Shown here in pieces: positions 32,460-42,187 of a stretch of DNA of 64,000 nucleotides. The DNA comes from a virus (Duplodnaviria > Caudoviricetes), in the IMG/VR virus record IMGVR_UViG_3300031555_001437. One strand, written 5' to 3'. The notes under the pieces are model-generated. The model had not been told where the DNA came from. It searched no databases and saw nothing but the letters and a program-made list of their open reading frames with translations. Within the stretch, counting starts at the first letter, position 1. Each line of letters starts with the position of its first letter. A program made the translations under genes and the position numbers.

Positions 32460-34007
32460 CTATAGAAAATTTACTTTAATATCAATGTCGTCTCCCTTTC
32501 TTGTCCAAGTTATATATTCAATGATAGTCTTATATAGTTCATTGAGTTCTGGATCTGTCAATTCTTTGTTCTTTTTCTTTTCTCTATACTCTTGGATATA
32601 ATGTAGCTTTTCATGGTTGGAAACAGATGATGCCTTCTTGAGTTTTAGATTTTCAATGTTAAGTTGATTCTCTAAATCATCCATCTCTTTTAATATTCTA
32701 TCTTTTGCTGTTCTATACTCATCAAGTGTATCAACGCCTTCGTCGTAGGCAATACGTGCTCTTTTTAGTGCGGCATCTTTTTTATTTATTTTATCCATAA
32801 TGTTTTTAATTTGGAATTGGATAAGGTCTGTAGATTGGTCTTCGCATTTGTCTATCTCTGCTCTAATTTGTGCCTCGTATTCATTTAACTGTTCTTCAAT
32901 TGCATCTAAAATGTATTGTCCTCCACCTGCTGAGTTGCCACATTTATTTCCTAAATGATCTTGATGCCAGCAAGTTTTCACCATCAGTCTTTTGCCTCTT
33001 TTATACTCTAACGTCATGCCGTACCCACATAGTCCACATCTAACTAGGTTTTTTAATGGATTTGCTTCTTTGGCTCTTCTGTTTGGACATATATTATTTT
33101 TTTGAACTTGAATTAAAATCCTTTCGTGTTCGTCTTGCGTCTTAACTGCTTCATGCCTATTCTCAACAACAGTCCATTGGTCTTTAGGAATACGCTCCCA
33201 TTTAGGCTTGTTGGGTCTGTTCTTGTGGCCATCACCTTTTGTTTTGTTGTAAATAATTTTGCCCAAATGAGTCTCGTCAACTAACATTCTTTTTATTGTA
33301 ACATTGCACCATCTTGCTCCCTTTGGTGACAAAATCCCCATACCATTTAATGTCCATGCAATTTCGTTTGTACTCTTCTTTTCATTGAGGAAAGAATCAA
33401 CCATAAATCTATAAATTTTTAATTTTTGTAAATTTACAACTAGTCCTTTTTCATTGTAATATCTTTTCCCTGTTTCTGGGTCAAACCATTCTTGATACTC
33501 ATAAGGGAATGGAGGCGTGCCATTTGTCCATGCACCTAATTTAGCTCCAACCTTTTTACCCATAGATAGCCTTTGTGTAATTTTTTTATATTCTCTTCTT
33601 GCGAATACTGTTTGAAGGTCTACGGCAAATTCATCGTTATCATCAGATAAATTGTATAGTGAACTTGGAGTTACTATGTAAGTATGCGTTTTCTGAAACA
33701 CTCTTTTAATTTCATCCCACTCGCCAAGAGTGCCTCTTCCCAATCTATCTAAATCTACACAAACAACTGCGTCATACATATTATCAGATATGTCTTTTAA
33801 TAACTGCTGCATTACTGGTCTTGCATATAAAGACTCTCCAGTTTCTATTTCTTCATACGCTACATAGACCCACCCTCTGCGATTACACAGCTCTTCCAAC
33901 ACGGTTTTGTGCTTGATAAGATCTTCTGTAGACTCTCCTCTAGATTTTCTTAGGTATTCTGCTACGTATTTAATAATAACCTCGTTGTATCCAACTCTCA
34001 TTTCCAA
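32460..34007 (-). CDS. Large serine recombinase (integrase)
   Basis: YLRKSR catalytic motif, DLDRLGRG, PPFPY recombinase domain, CGLCG Zn ribbon, coiled coil. Confidence 0.93.
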   Translation of the reverse strand: MEMRVGYNEVIIKYVAEYLRKSRGESTEDLIKHKTVLEELCNRRGWVYVAYEEIETGESLYARPVMQQLLKDISDNMYDAVVCVDLDRLGRGTLGEWDEIKRVFQKTHTYIVTPSSLYNLSDDNDEFAVDLQTVFARREYKKITQRLSMGKKVGAKLGAWTNGTPPFPYEYQEWFDPETGKRYYNEKGLVVNLQKLKIYRFMVDSFLNEKKSTNEIAWTLNGMGILSPKGARWCNVTIKRMLVDETHLGKIIYNKTKGDGHKNRPNKPKWERIPKDQWTVVENRHEAVKTQDEHERILIQVQKNNICPNRRAKEANPLKNLVRCGLCGYGMTLEYKRGKRLMVKTCWHQDHLGNKCGNSAGGGQYILDAIEEQLNEYEAQIRAEIDKCEDQSTDLIQFQIKNIMDKINKKDAALKRARIAYDEGVDTLDEYRTAKDRILKEMDDLENQLNIENLKLKKASSVSNHEKLHYIQEYREKKKNKELTDPELNELYKTIIEYITWTRKGDDIDIKVNFL

Positions 34008-34040
34008 GCGGCAACACTCCTTCTAATAGTCTATACTTAT

Positions 34041-34069
34041 ATCTTAACCTGACGTCACTTTACTGTCAA
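34041..34069 (-). promoter_or_regulatory. Sigma-A-type promoter for integrase
   Basis: TTGACA-17-TAAGAT inside the 3' end of the upstream small ORF. Confidence 0.55.
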
Positions 34070-34184
34070 TTATATTCTTGAGTTTTTTGGCATAAGTTTT
34101 AATGCCGTCTTGTGATGGTTCGTTGTTATAAGTGATTGTTACTGTAATATTTTTTGGGTAATGTTTAACAATAGTTTTACTCAT
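34044..34184 (-). CDS. Small protein, candidate recombination directionality factor (46 aa; not in ORF track)
   Basis: MSKTIVKHYPKNITVTITYNNEPSQDGIKTYAKKLKNIIDSKVTSG; GGAGGT RBS; immediately upstream of the integrase. Confidence 0.55.
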   Translation of the reverse strand: MSKTIVKHYPKNITVTITYNNEPSQDGIKTYAKKLKNIIDSKVTSG

Positions 34185-34217
34185 AGTTCTTACCTCCATT
34201 CATTTTGTCGTGTATAG

Positions 34218-34245
34218 AAAAAGTGGCGATATTTCTACCGCCACC
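34218..34245 (-). terminator. Terminator after dUTPase
   Basis: On - strand GTGGCGGTA-GAAA-TATCGCCAC followed by TTTTT. Confidence 0.7.
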
Positions 34246-34250
34246 AATAT

Positions 34251-34754
34251 TTAGTTTGTGCTACCTAGCTGGCCAGTGCCGCGCTCAGTTTGTCTGTTTT
34301 GAATTTCGCTATAATCGACGATGTTAATGTCAACCTTTGGGACCTGAACAAGCAGAGCCTGTGCGATTGCTTTATTGTACGGATATAGAATTGCGTCTGG
34401 ATGCTCTGCAAGAGGAGACTGTTCGCCAGTTTCTCCAATCTTAGAGATGAACAGAGGCACATCGTTGCCGTTATAGATGCATACGAACCACTCTCCGTTG
34501 AAGCCTTGATCTATCACTCCTGCTGACACCTTTATATTCTTTGATCCAGTACTTCCACGCTCACGCAGTATAAACGCCCAGCCATCTTCCAACGCCGATG
34601 CAATACCAGTAGGAATGAGTTTGTTAGCATGCGCTGGAATTTCAATGAAATCATCATCAAAGCAAGAGTAGATATCGAAACCAGCATCCTCGTCTCTCTT
34701 GTTAGGAATCACCGCACCTGGTCTTACTTTTGCAAATTTTACACTTGTTGTCAT
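34251..34754 (-). CDS. dut: Trimeric dUTPase
   Basis: AGFD, RGS, GVID, IAQ, RGTGQLGST motifs; GAGGTG RBS supports start at 34754. Confidence 0.93.
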   Translation of the reverse strand: MTTSVKFAKVRPGAVIPNKRDEDAGFDIYSCFDDDFIEIPAHANKLIPTGIASALEDGWAFILRERGSTGSKNIKVSAGVIDQGFNGEWFVCIYNGNDVPLFISKIGETGEQSPLAEHPDAILYPYNKAIAQALLVQVPKVDINIVDYSEIQNRQTERGTGQLGSTN

Positions 34755-34765
34755 ACTATCACCTC

Positions 34766-35080
34766 TTATAGAAACATGCGCCAAGGCTTGCTACCGAACA
34801 TAAACGGGAAAATATCCGCATCGTCGCCGTCAAAACATCTTGTAACATCGTAGCTACCATAGTCATGGATGTACGCTGTCAGCAGCTGTCTGTAGTGCTC
34901 CTCAGCTGCCTTAACTTCTTGCTTTCTTATCTCCTTGATCTCTGCAAGCTCCTTTTCGCGAGCCTTCTCCTCTTCAATCTTTTTCTTGTCCTCGCAAGCA
35001 AGGATGCAATGAGCTAGGTCTGCAGGAGTCGCATGCTTCTTCTTGCAATAAGGGCACGCATAAGTATTGTTGTTGTTCAT
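34766..35080 (-). CDS. Hypothetical protein with C2HC Zn finger + coiled coil
   Basis: CPYC...HCILAC; GGAGG RBS. Confidence 0.65.
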   Translation of the reverse strand: MNNNNTYACPYCKKKHATPADLAHCILACEDKKKIEEEKAREKELAEIKEIRKQEVKAAEEHYRQLLTAYIHDYGSYDVTRCFDGDDADIFPFMFGSKPWRMFL

Positions 35081-35083
35081 AAG

Positions 35084-35302
35084 TTAATCCTCCTCTGTAA
35101 TTGTTGCAATGTAACGACCACAAGTGCATTCATGGACACCTGGAGTGTTACTGCTTATAATCTCTCGAAATGCCTCGCACATGCACTTGTCCAGACTTGG
35201 GTCTTTACGAATACTGCACGGACACATGTAATTGTTAGCTTCGAGTTGTTTTAAAATTTCATTGAGTAATTCTTTGTCTTCTGTTTGTTTGATCCGAACC
35301 AT
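35084..35302 (-). CDS. Ferredoxin:thioredoxin reductase catalytic-subunit-like protein
   Basis: CPC...CMC...CTCGRY pattern (CPC/CxC/CxC of FTR-beta). Confidence 0.8.
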   Translation of the reverse strand: MVRIKQTEDKELLNEILKQLEANNYMCPCSIRKDPSLDKCMCEAFREIISSNTPGVHECTCGRYIATITEED

Positions 35303-35763
35303 TAATAATCTACACCTTTCTTGTAAATACGCTGATTAGAAGTAGCAAGTTTAATACCGTGTTGAATATTTCCATTGGTACTTAGACTTTCTTCGTATCT
35401 GCCGCATTTTAGATAATCACAATGTTCTTTAATAATTTGCGGAACATTTTCAAAGTCGTATCTAGTAAAAATCCAAACCTTTTTACCGAATTGCTTGAGC
35501 CATTTCAAAAAGTTAGACATTTCAGTAATATCCTGGTCTAATGGTTCTCCGCCAAAAATCATTATGTTCTCAATAAGTTCATCAAATGATTTTATTTTAG
35601 TTTGCATGGACGCAACATACATTTCGTCCATTTTATCTCCGCGATTAAAATCCCAAGATTCTGGATTGTGACATCCTTTGCAGTGTGGCGAGCCATTACA
35701 ACCCGCCACGTATATCTCAAACGCTTTATGCTTTAGTGTATATTGCGTTCCTATTATGTTCAC
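35302..35763 (-). CDS. nrdG: Anaerobic RNR activase (radical SAM)
   Basis: GCNGSPHCKGCHNPESW, GGEPL, SNQRI; adjacent to nrdD. Confidence 0.92.
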   Translation of the reverse strand: MNIIGTQYTLKHKAFEIYVAGCNGSPHCKGCHNPESWDFNRGDKMDEMYVASMQTKIKSFDELIENIMIFGGEPLDQDITEMSNFLKWLKQFGKKVWIFTRYDFENVPQIIKEHCDYLKCGRYEESLSTNGNIQHGIKLATSNQRIYKKGVDY

Positions 35764-37673
35764 ACCTTTAACTCCTCTGCGTTATAAAACTTTCTGTTCG
35801 GATAATCAACTTCTCTTCTGGTTTTGTTCCAGTGCTTTACATTTGTAAGGAAGCCAACCACTCTGGTATATTCCTCAACAATGGGCTTTCCGCATGTCGC
35901 ACAAACTCCGCTCTTTCCAACAGACATATGTCCATCTTCACATAGCTGTAAGACATAGTTGATTGCATGATAGATAACGCCCTTCTTGGCAGTGACACGA
36001 ATCAAATCCATAATATCTTCATAGTTTTCGATGCGTGTATCGCAATTCAAGTGCAGAATACTACCGCCAGAAAAATGCTTATCAAGTGCGCCCTGAATGT
36101 CAATTCTATCAAGCAAATCTGCGCTTGCAATTAGCGGAACAAACTGGTTGGAATAAAGGTCATACTGGTTCTGGTATCTCATCACCTTGTCCTTCTGCGC
36201 AAATTTAACGCTTAGGGACTCGCCAGGAATTTGCTCACAGTTGTGCGGAGCTCCATACTGCTTTTCATATCTTGCATTTTCGGCATTGATTGTATTAATG
36301 ATTCGAAGAGCGAAATCTCTGCCCTCATTCGTCGTTATATCGTACCCCATTTGCTCAAGGCTCTCATACATTGCGTTGACTCCACAAGTAGAGTACTGCT
36401 TCGACAAATCCATAAACTCATGTGTATAAAGAGGTTCATTGCCGTTTCGAATTCTCTTATCCACAATCTTTCTCTTTGCATTGTTCACTCTAGCACAGAC
36501 ACCAACAAGATACTTCAACTCTTCGAAATATCCATCAATGTCGTCCTTATGCTTAAACGCAAGCCGTGCAAAGTTAATAGAACATACGCCAAGACTACCA
36601 ATCTTGCTGGAGCCAGAACCAAATGAGTTAAAGTACTCAGACTTTTGCTCTGATCTTAGGCGGCAGCAGCTGGACAAGGTCGAACTGTCTCCGCAGTAAA
36701 TATTGATGAAACCAAACTCAAGATTTTTCTTAGCAATCATTTCGAGGAATTCTTCGTCCTTGATATTCTTATTTTCATCGATACTAAAGCATGCTGTAGT
36801 AACTGGGAATGTCAACGGCACTCCACGTCTAAGCTCTGAGTTCATAACATCAAGATAAATGTCCTGGAGTCTCTGAATAATCTCCTTATTAGGAGAGGAG
36901 CCATCTGGAAAAATGTAATCATCGCAAAGTTTGTCAAGGAAGTAGTTGTCGTACACAGATACGTTCGTAAATGGGCTTTGGTTTGCTCGAAGGTCGAAGT
37001 TTACGCTGTAAATAAAGCTGTCTAGCATCTCTTTTACATACGTCCAACAATCTTCCTCTGATGCAAACTTAAAGTGTGCGTCAGACTTACTATCTAAAAT
37101 ATTTGCTACATAGTATGACATTGTAACAAGCAAGTCTGCTAGACCAGTAGCGCCAAGCGTAGAGTTGGATGCAATGATAACAAACTGCTCTAGCTGAGAC
37201 TTAAAAGCATGCAAGTACTTAGGAGGCTTGCTCTTTACTTTACTCGCCATACACAAACCCTTCATCAAAATGTCATATGTTGAAAAGTTAAAACAGTAGG
37301 GTTTACCAGCAGCAATACCGTGCATGTCATGGATATAAATATCTCCGCAAAGATTTGCCTCGATCACCATGTTTGCTGTCTCAAGACCATAAAGTCTTTT
37401 CATCTCTTTCCACAGAACATAATAACTATTCAGTCTCTGGAATGGCTTCGGTAGCTCTACATCATAAGCAACAACGCTATTGCTTGATACATTCGCATTG
37501 GCATCAACGCTAGCATCTGCTGTTACGTTTGATGCAAAGAAGTTGCGGCTAAACTCGGACATATCCATCTGCTTACCAATGCCGTCTAGATCGAATAAAG
37601 TGTCTGGATACTTTGCCTTTAGGTGCATATAAAGGTCATCAAATTCTTGGTCATAAGTTGTCTTAAAGTACAT
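35760..37673 (-). CDS. nrdD: Class III anaerobic ribonucleotide reductase, no ATP cone
   Basis: IYIHD, PYC, TFPV, SCCRL, EQIPGES, TRVVGFL glycyl-radical motif. Confidence 0.95.
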   Translation of the reverse strand: MYFKTTYDQEFDDLYMHLKAKYPDTLFDLDGIGKQMDMSEFSRNFFASNVTADASVDANANVSSNSVVAYDVELPKPFQRLNSYYVLWKEMKRLYGLETANMVIEANLCGDIYIHDMHGIAAGKPYCFNFSTYDILMKGLCMASKVKSKPPKYLHAFKSQLEQFVIIASNSTLGATGLADLLVTMSYYVANILDSKSDAHFKFASEEDCWTYVKEMLDSFIYSVNFDLRANQSPFTNVSVYDNYFLDKLCDDYIFPDGSSPNKEIIQRLQDIYLDVMNSELRRGVPLTFPVTTACFSIDENKNIKDEEFLEMIAKKNLEFGFINIYCGDSSTLSSCCRLRSEQKSEYFNSFGSGSSKIGSLGVCSINFARLAFKHKDDIDGYFEELKYLVGVCARVNNAKRKIVDKRIRNGNEPLYTHEFMDLSKQYSTCGVNAMYESLEQMGYDITTNEGRDFALRIINTINAENARYEKQYGAPHNCEQIPGESLSVKFAQKDKVMRYQNQYDLYSNQFVPLIASADLLDRIDIQGALDKHFSGGSILHLNCDTRIENYEDIMDLIRVTAKKGVIYHAINYVLQLCEDGHMSVGKSGVCATCGKPIVEEYTRVVGFLTNVKHWNKTRREVDYPNRKFYNAEELKV

Positions 37674-37674
37674 A

Positions 37675-37896
37675 TTAGTGCTGCTCCTTAATCCATTCTT
37701 GAAGTTTTTTTACATCATAATATACACCGTCAATAAGAGCAAACGGCGCAGATTTAATATTGTTTTCATCTGCCACGGACATTACTGTGTCTTTATCGTC
37801 AATAACGTCAAACTCAATATTCTTTTTCTTCATTATCATTTGAAGCGCATTACACTTCGGACAATGAATTGTATAAAACTTTACTCTTTCTCCCAT
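37675..37896 (-). CDS. Glutaredoxin/NrdH-like protein
   Basis: HCPKC, SAPF; directly upstream of nrdD. Confidence 0.85.
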   Translation of the reverse strand: MGERVKFYTIHCPKCNALQMIMKKKNIEFDVIDDKDTVMSVADENNIKSAPFALIDGVYYDVKKLQEWIKEQH

Positions 37897-38450
37897 AGTT
37901 GATTCTTCCTTTCAATTTCTTTGATTTTATTTACAATATCTTTCCAGTTGTATGCTCTGTAGATATCATAAACTTTGTCAATGCGCTCATTGTGGTTCCA
38001 CGCATAATCCAACACGACTCTGTCACAAATAATCTTTGTCAATTGATCCAAACAGTCGTCAACAAGCACGTCTGTTGTCAATAGACTCTTATCCATAATG
38101 CGGATAATATTATTCGCGTCAAAAAACGGATAATATTTAGCAATCCAGTCAACCTTCCACGCAAAATTCATTGGAGATGTTGCTGTCGCAAGATAGACTT
38201 CGTGCCCGCTATTAACGAGTGTCTGTAGCCCCCACTGCGAGTCGGGAATTGGCTCAAGCATATCCCACAACTCTTTTTTTGAGAAAAGACTGACCATATA
38301 ATCGGCATCATCTTTTGACATGCAACCGTAGTAATCATACGTTGTTAGGTCTTCCATTTGAACGCTCTTGCCAGTATGCGCGTTGAACATCTTAAGGACA
38401 CACTCTGATAGATTATTCAATACACTATCTATGTCCACGCAAATTCTCAT
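37881..38450 (-). CDS. 5'(3')-deoxyribonucleotidase (HAD family)
   Basis: VDIDSVL, DK...DVLVDD, AWN motifs; GAGGAGG RBS supports start at 38450. Confidence 0.85.
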   Translation of the reverse strand: MRICVDIDSVLNNLSECVLKMFNAHTGKSVQMEDLTTYDYYGCMSKDDADYMVSLFSKKELWDMLEPIPDSQWGLQTLVNSGHEVYLATATSPMNFAWKVDWIAKYYPFFDANNIIRIMDKSLLTTDVLVDDCLDQLTKIICDRVVLDYAWNHNERIDKVYDIYRAYNWKDIVNKIKEIERKNQLWEKE

Positions 38451-39028
38451 GTCTCGTCCTCCTCGTGGTTCTTCCACACTCCCTCTACGTTTGCAATCCA
38501 TTTAAGTACAGAATATGATTTTGCAAAGTCGATGTTTGGAATTGCATAATCAAAATCAAGACTTCTAGCCATATCGCGGAATTGCTCACGTTCGTCGATG
38601 GAACGCTGTTTGAATTTCATTCTGTCGTCTTTGCGTTTGTTGATAGCTCTGTGCTCCCGAACTGAATCTGGAACATTAACAAAAACCGTTACTAAACGCA
38701 GGTTAGGCAAATTCAGTTCTCTCAGATGTTTTACGCCGATCGGATCAATTACATAAATGTCATTTTCGTATAACTGATTAACTGTACAGCAGTACTTATA
38801 ATTGCCAATCTTAGTGAACGCTGCGATGCTACCAGAGTTCTCAAGTTCTTGATATTCTTCATCGGAAATAAATACATGAGTATCTCCCTCACCGACTCTT
38901 CGCTCGCGCGTAGTATAACTGATTATTTGACGAAGACCTGCGCGTTCACACAATTTATTCGCGAGAGAGTCCTTCCCGCTGGCGCTTTTGCCAATCAAAC
39001 AAAGAAGCACATGTTCTTTATTCTTCAT
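38447..39028 (-). CDS. gmk: Guanylate kinase-like
   Basis: GKSASGKDS P-loop; SYTTRERRVGE; VIDPIG. Confidence 0.88.
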   Translation of the reverse strand: MKNKEHVLLCLIGKSASGKDSLANKLCERAGLRQIISYTTRERRVGEGDTHVFISDEEYQELENSGSIAAFTKIGNYKYCCTVNQLYENDIYVIDPIGVKHLRELNLPNLRLVTVFVNVPDSVREHRAINKRKDDRMKFKQRSIDEREQFRDMARSLDFDYAIPNIDFAKSYSVLKWIANVEGVWKNHEEDET

Positions 39029-39752
39029 CGCCACAAATCAACTCCTTTGCATAAGGTAGTGTTTCAATCCAATCACACACGACGTGCCATTCAGTCAACT
39101 TGTGATGTTTTCTGGCATGATAGATATTAAGCAGATTTTCATAGCTCATAGTCACAGTACGCATTTGGTTATAAGAAGAGGGAAGAATTTCAATCATTTG
39201 CCGCCAGTACTTCTTATCTTTAGTTTGGTTGTACTTATTGCGTAAGCCATTTAGTACGGCAATAGTAAGATTAGCAATCCCTCTTGTGCTCAAAGGATAG
39301 CATCCATACACAATTGGCGTCTGTTCGTTTGTCTCATCGGTAAGATTATCATAACTAAAGTCTTCCAACGCAAACTCTTTGCTGTGGATCTTGTGCATAG
39401 TGGAGCAGGAGTTTGCCACCGTTCCTACCTTATAGGTATCCATTTCTTTCCACCAATACAGAGGCGCAGTGATATCCACGCTGACAAAAATCTGACGCAA
39501 AAACTTTCTGTGATCTGACCCAGCTCTAACAAGTCTTTTGGCAAGGTCCAAATCATTTTCTCCAAGAGTCATCCAGTCTGTTGTTATGCCGTCATAAGAA
39601 TCTAACTGCTTATATGTCATTCCGCTTGCATCTGTATAGTTAGCAAAATAACTATCGCTCTTATCCCAGCTATTCATTGGATTTCTTGCTCCACGAATAG
39701 CGTTTTCAAAATTCATTACGCTCGTTCTTTCAAGTTTAATCATCTTAGTCAC
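39018..39752 (-). CDS. ThyX-fold-related phage protein
   Basis: GARNPMNSW, HRKFLRQI, APLYWWKEMDTYK, SCSTMH, LPSSY, RKHHKLTEW; lacks the canonical RHR motif. Confidence 0.6.
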   Translation of the reverse strand: MTKMIKLERTSVMNFENAIRGARNPMNSWDKSDSYFANYTDASGMTYKQLDSYDGITTDWMTLGENDLDLAKRLVRAGSDHRKFLRQIFVSVDITAPLYWWKEMDTYKVGTVANSCSTMHKIHSKEFALEDFSYDNLTDETNEQTPIVYGCYPLSTRGIANLTIAVLNGLRNKYNQTKDKKYWRQMIEILPSSYNQMRTVTMSYENLLNIYHARKHHKLTEWHVVCDWIETLPYAKELICGDEE

Positions 39753-39936
39753 CCACTAAACAATCTTCTGCGCGGCGAATACCATGGAAAATCATTGCGC
39801 ACTCACATCCACAGAAATAATTTTGCTCGTCGTCTAAGTAAATTTCATCTGAGTCATCATAGATAAGCTCACCGCACTCGGCACATCTACCTATCGGCTG
39901 CTGCTCATCTTCATAATCAATTTTTTCATCATACAT
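39745..39936 (-). CDS. Small Zn-finger protein
   Basis: CAECG...FCGCEC. Confidence 0.6.
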   Translation of the reverse strand: MYDEKIDYEDEQQPIGRCAECGELIYDDSDEIYLDDEQNYFCGCECAMIFHGIRRAEDCLVGD

Positions 39937-40273
39937 GGTCTTCACCATCCTTTGGCGCGAATTTTTGCTTTTCATATAAAACACCGTTAATTGGCTGAGC
40001 CATAATCGCATCCCGCGGCATCAATCTTTGCCCTCTCTGCAAGTCTCTGTACGCCTCATTCATAACATCATCCAATTGCGCTTTTGTTAGAACACAAAAT
40101 CTTTCATCGTCATAAAAAGGCGCTCCATAAGGCATAAGTTCGTGGTCGAAATGTGTAAAATTATATCCGCGCTTTCGAATGCGTTCAACCAAAGCTTTCT
40201 TTCTGTCATTATTAAATGGAGCAATGCGATACGAGCGGTTATAAGAATCGACCCATCCGATTACTGTATTCAT
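39929..40273 (-). CDS. Hypothetical protein
   Basis: GGAGGAG RBS; coupled overlaps with neighbours. Confidence 0.6.
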   Translation of the reverse strand: MNTVIGWVDSYNRSYRIAPFNNDRKKALVERIRKRGYNFTHFDHELMPYGAPFYDDERFCVLTKAQLDDVMNEAYRDLQRGQRLMPRDAIMAQPINGVLYEKQKFAPKDGEDHV

Positions 40274-40578
40274 GCCTGCTCCTCCTGCTGCGCTGCGGCA
40301 ACCTCTGCTTCATTTTGTTGTGTTTTGATCTGCTTTTCAACAATACCTGTAATCTCTGCGATGCAGCGGCGATAATCTCTCAGCGTTGCTTTACTTGCCT
40401 TCATGGTAATATGCTTCCGAATTGCGGCATATACTGCTGCGCTAATAAAACTTGCGCCAATCTTTAATCCCTGTGTTCTCGTTTTATCAAACCACTCCTC
40501 AATGACTTTCTGCAACGACTCCTCGTCCGCCGCCTTGATTTCAGAAATTACTTCTGACATGTTGTTCTTCTTTTCCAT
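40270..40578 (-). CDS. Hypothetical protein
   Basis: AAAGGA RBS; operon context. Confidence 0.6.
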   Translation of the reverse strand: MEKKNNMSEVISEIKAADEESLQKVIEEWFDKTRTQGLKIGASFISAAVYAAIRKHITMKASKATLRDYRRCIAEITGIVEKQIKTQQNEAEVAAAQQEEQA

Positions 40579-40600
40579 GTGTTAATATCCTTTCTTATTT

Positions 40601-40873
40601 TTAATATACAATTACTGGTCTGCCGTCACTAGAAATATATGGCAAAGTCCTAATTGTATTATATTCAATCCACTCAATTGCATCAGTTATAGCATCATCA
40701 GAATCTGTATATTCTGCAGCCAAACTCTCAATCATTTTGTCGTAGCCATATACGAGAACTGGCAATCCATGTTCGTTGAACGTATACCCTATAATTGCTG
40801 ATAAAAAGTCTGGGCCTCTAAACATCTGCGCGTCTGGATTTTCAGAACTCACGTAGTCAATGACGTCTTTCAC
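40601..40873 (-). CDS. Hypothetical conserved phage protein
   Basis: AIIG...VYGYDKM...AIEWIEYNTI...PVI pattern. Confidence 0.65.
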   Translation of the reverse strand: MKDVIDYVSSENPDAQMFRGPDFLSAIIGYTFNEHGLPVLVYGYDKMIESLAAEYTDSDDAITDAIEWIEYNTIRTLPYISSDGRPVIVY

Positions 40874-41016
40874 GCACTCGCCATTACCTTTCTCAGTTCG
40901 TCAAGCATGTTCTCATAATTGCCTCGCGAAACGACCCATTGCTTATCTACATACAAGTCGTAAACACCATCGCCTCTAAGTTTAATCGTAAAATTGTGTA
41001 CAGTTGAGTTGTTCAT
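40870..41016 (-). CDS. Hypothetical protein (48 aa; not in ORF track)
   Basis: MNNSTVHNFTIKLRGDGVYDLYVDK...; GGAGG RBS; fills the gap between neighbours. Confidence 0.55.
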   Translation of the reverse strand: MNNSTVHNFTIKLRGDGVYDLYVDKQWVVSRGNYENMLDELRKVMASA

Positions 41017-41034
41017 AGTTTCCTCCGTTTTTCA

Positions 41035-41901
41035 TTACATGGCATGTCCGTCTTTAATTTCCCAATAAAAATCTCCGAACGCAATACGCTTGCCGTTGGC
41101 TCTTATAATACCATTGACAACCGCATCGATATCTCCTTGTTTCTTTGGACTTCTGTTCTTTATCAAATACTTAATAGCCCACAACGCTGCAGTGTCGATA
41201 GTGTCGAAATATTTTCTGTCACCGCTTTTGTTGTAGCATTTTACTTGATAATTTGATTCATCAGCAAGAGTATCTGCGTCAAATTTCTTATGCGGCCACT
41301 GAATGAAGATTTCTGGAGCATGTTTACTGTTTCCGCTCGGTGTCAACTTTGGCTGTCTCGACGGCAGCTTGGTTGCATCTTCGGCTGTGCATTTTATAAA
41401 CATATTCTCAGCAACCTCTCGTAACATCTTAGCATCTTCAAGAGCGTCGTGATGTTGTACTGTTTCCTCTCCGTGAACTAACGCGAAAATTCTTTGCAAT
41501 GAAATTTGACCAGCATTAAAATAGTCCCTTACAGTCGTAGAATAGTCAGTCAGCATACCTTTGATTGATGATACAAATATCATTGCTTTGGTATCTTTCA
41601 TATGACTGATTGTCCTGTCTAAGAATGTTTTATCGGAGTCGCCATAACAGAAGTACTCTGGGGCATTGTCGTCGTTGATGTTTAACACCCAATCATAAAA
41701 CTTGCCAAAAGCCTCGTCGGCACCTGGGGCGTTTGCTATCATCTCGTTTGTGATGCCAGTAAGAGTTGTAATAAAATTACTGACTTTATCCTTGTACGGC
41801 TTTACTAGTGTGGCAAAAGTATCGCCGTTTTCTGCAACACACCCAATGGAAATAATCCTTTGAGAAAACTGCGTTGCTTCAAAATCTAAATAAAACTTCA
41901 T
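41035..41901 (-). CDS. DEDDh 3'-5' exonuclease with C-terminal extension
   Basis: YLDFEAT, LTGIT, YGDSD, HDALEDA. Confidence 0.88.
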   Translation of the reverse strand: MKFYLDFEATQFSQRIISIGCVAENGDTFATLVKPYKDKVSNFITTLTGITNEMIANAPGADEAFGKFYDWVLNINDDNAPEYFCYGDSDKTFLDRTISHMKDTKAMIFVSSIKGMLTDYSTTVRDYFNAGQISLQRIFALVHGEETVQHHDALEDAKMLREVAENMFIKCTAEDATKLPSRQPKLTPSGNSKHAPEIFIQWPHKKFDADTLADESNYQVKCYNKSGDRKYFDTIDTAALWAIKYLIKNRSPKKQGDIDAVVNGIIRANGKRIAFGDFYWEIKDGHAM

Positions 41902-41907
41902 CTTTTG

Positions 41908-42153
41908 TTATCCTTCTTCTCCAAGTTCCATGTGTTGCCAACAGCTTTCGCAATACCTATTACCATCTGTCGTTTTGATATAATCCCCTAAAATCCATTC
42001 ATCGCACGAGTCGCACACAAAAGCATCTGCATATGCTCCACCACAATGTGGGCAGCCATATCGTTGTTCATATGGCGGAGTATCCAGTCCATGTGTCTCG
42101 ACGTATATCTTTGGTTCTCGGAACCTACTTAAGCAATCTAAGCATACATACAT
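41908..42153 (-). CDS. Multi-Cys Zn-finger protein
   Basis: CLDC, CPHC, CDSC, CESC; AAGGAG RBS supports start at 42153. Confidence 0.65.
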   Translation of the reverse strand: MYVCLDCLSRFREPKIYVETHGLDTPPYEQRYGCPHCGGAYADAFVCDSCDEWILGDYIKTTDGNRYCESCWQHMELGEEG

Positions 42154-42187
42154 TTTGTCACTCCTTGTTTCATTTTGTTGTGTACAT

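Noticed and set aside
32287-32601. + strand 104-aa ORF, and the many short antisense ORFs within large genes
   Set aside because: No RBS or recognisable motifs; they overlap a terminator, attP or real genes on the opposite strand.
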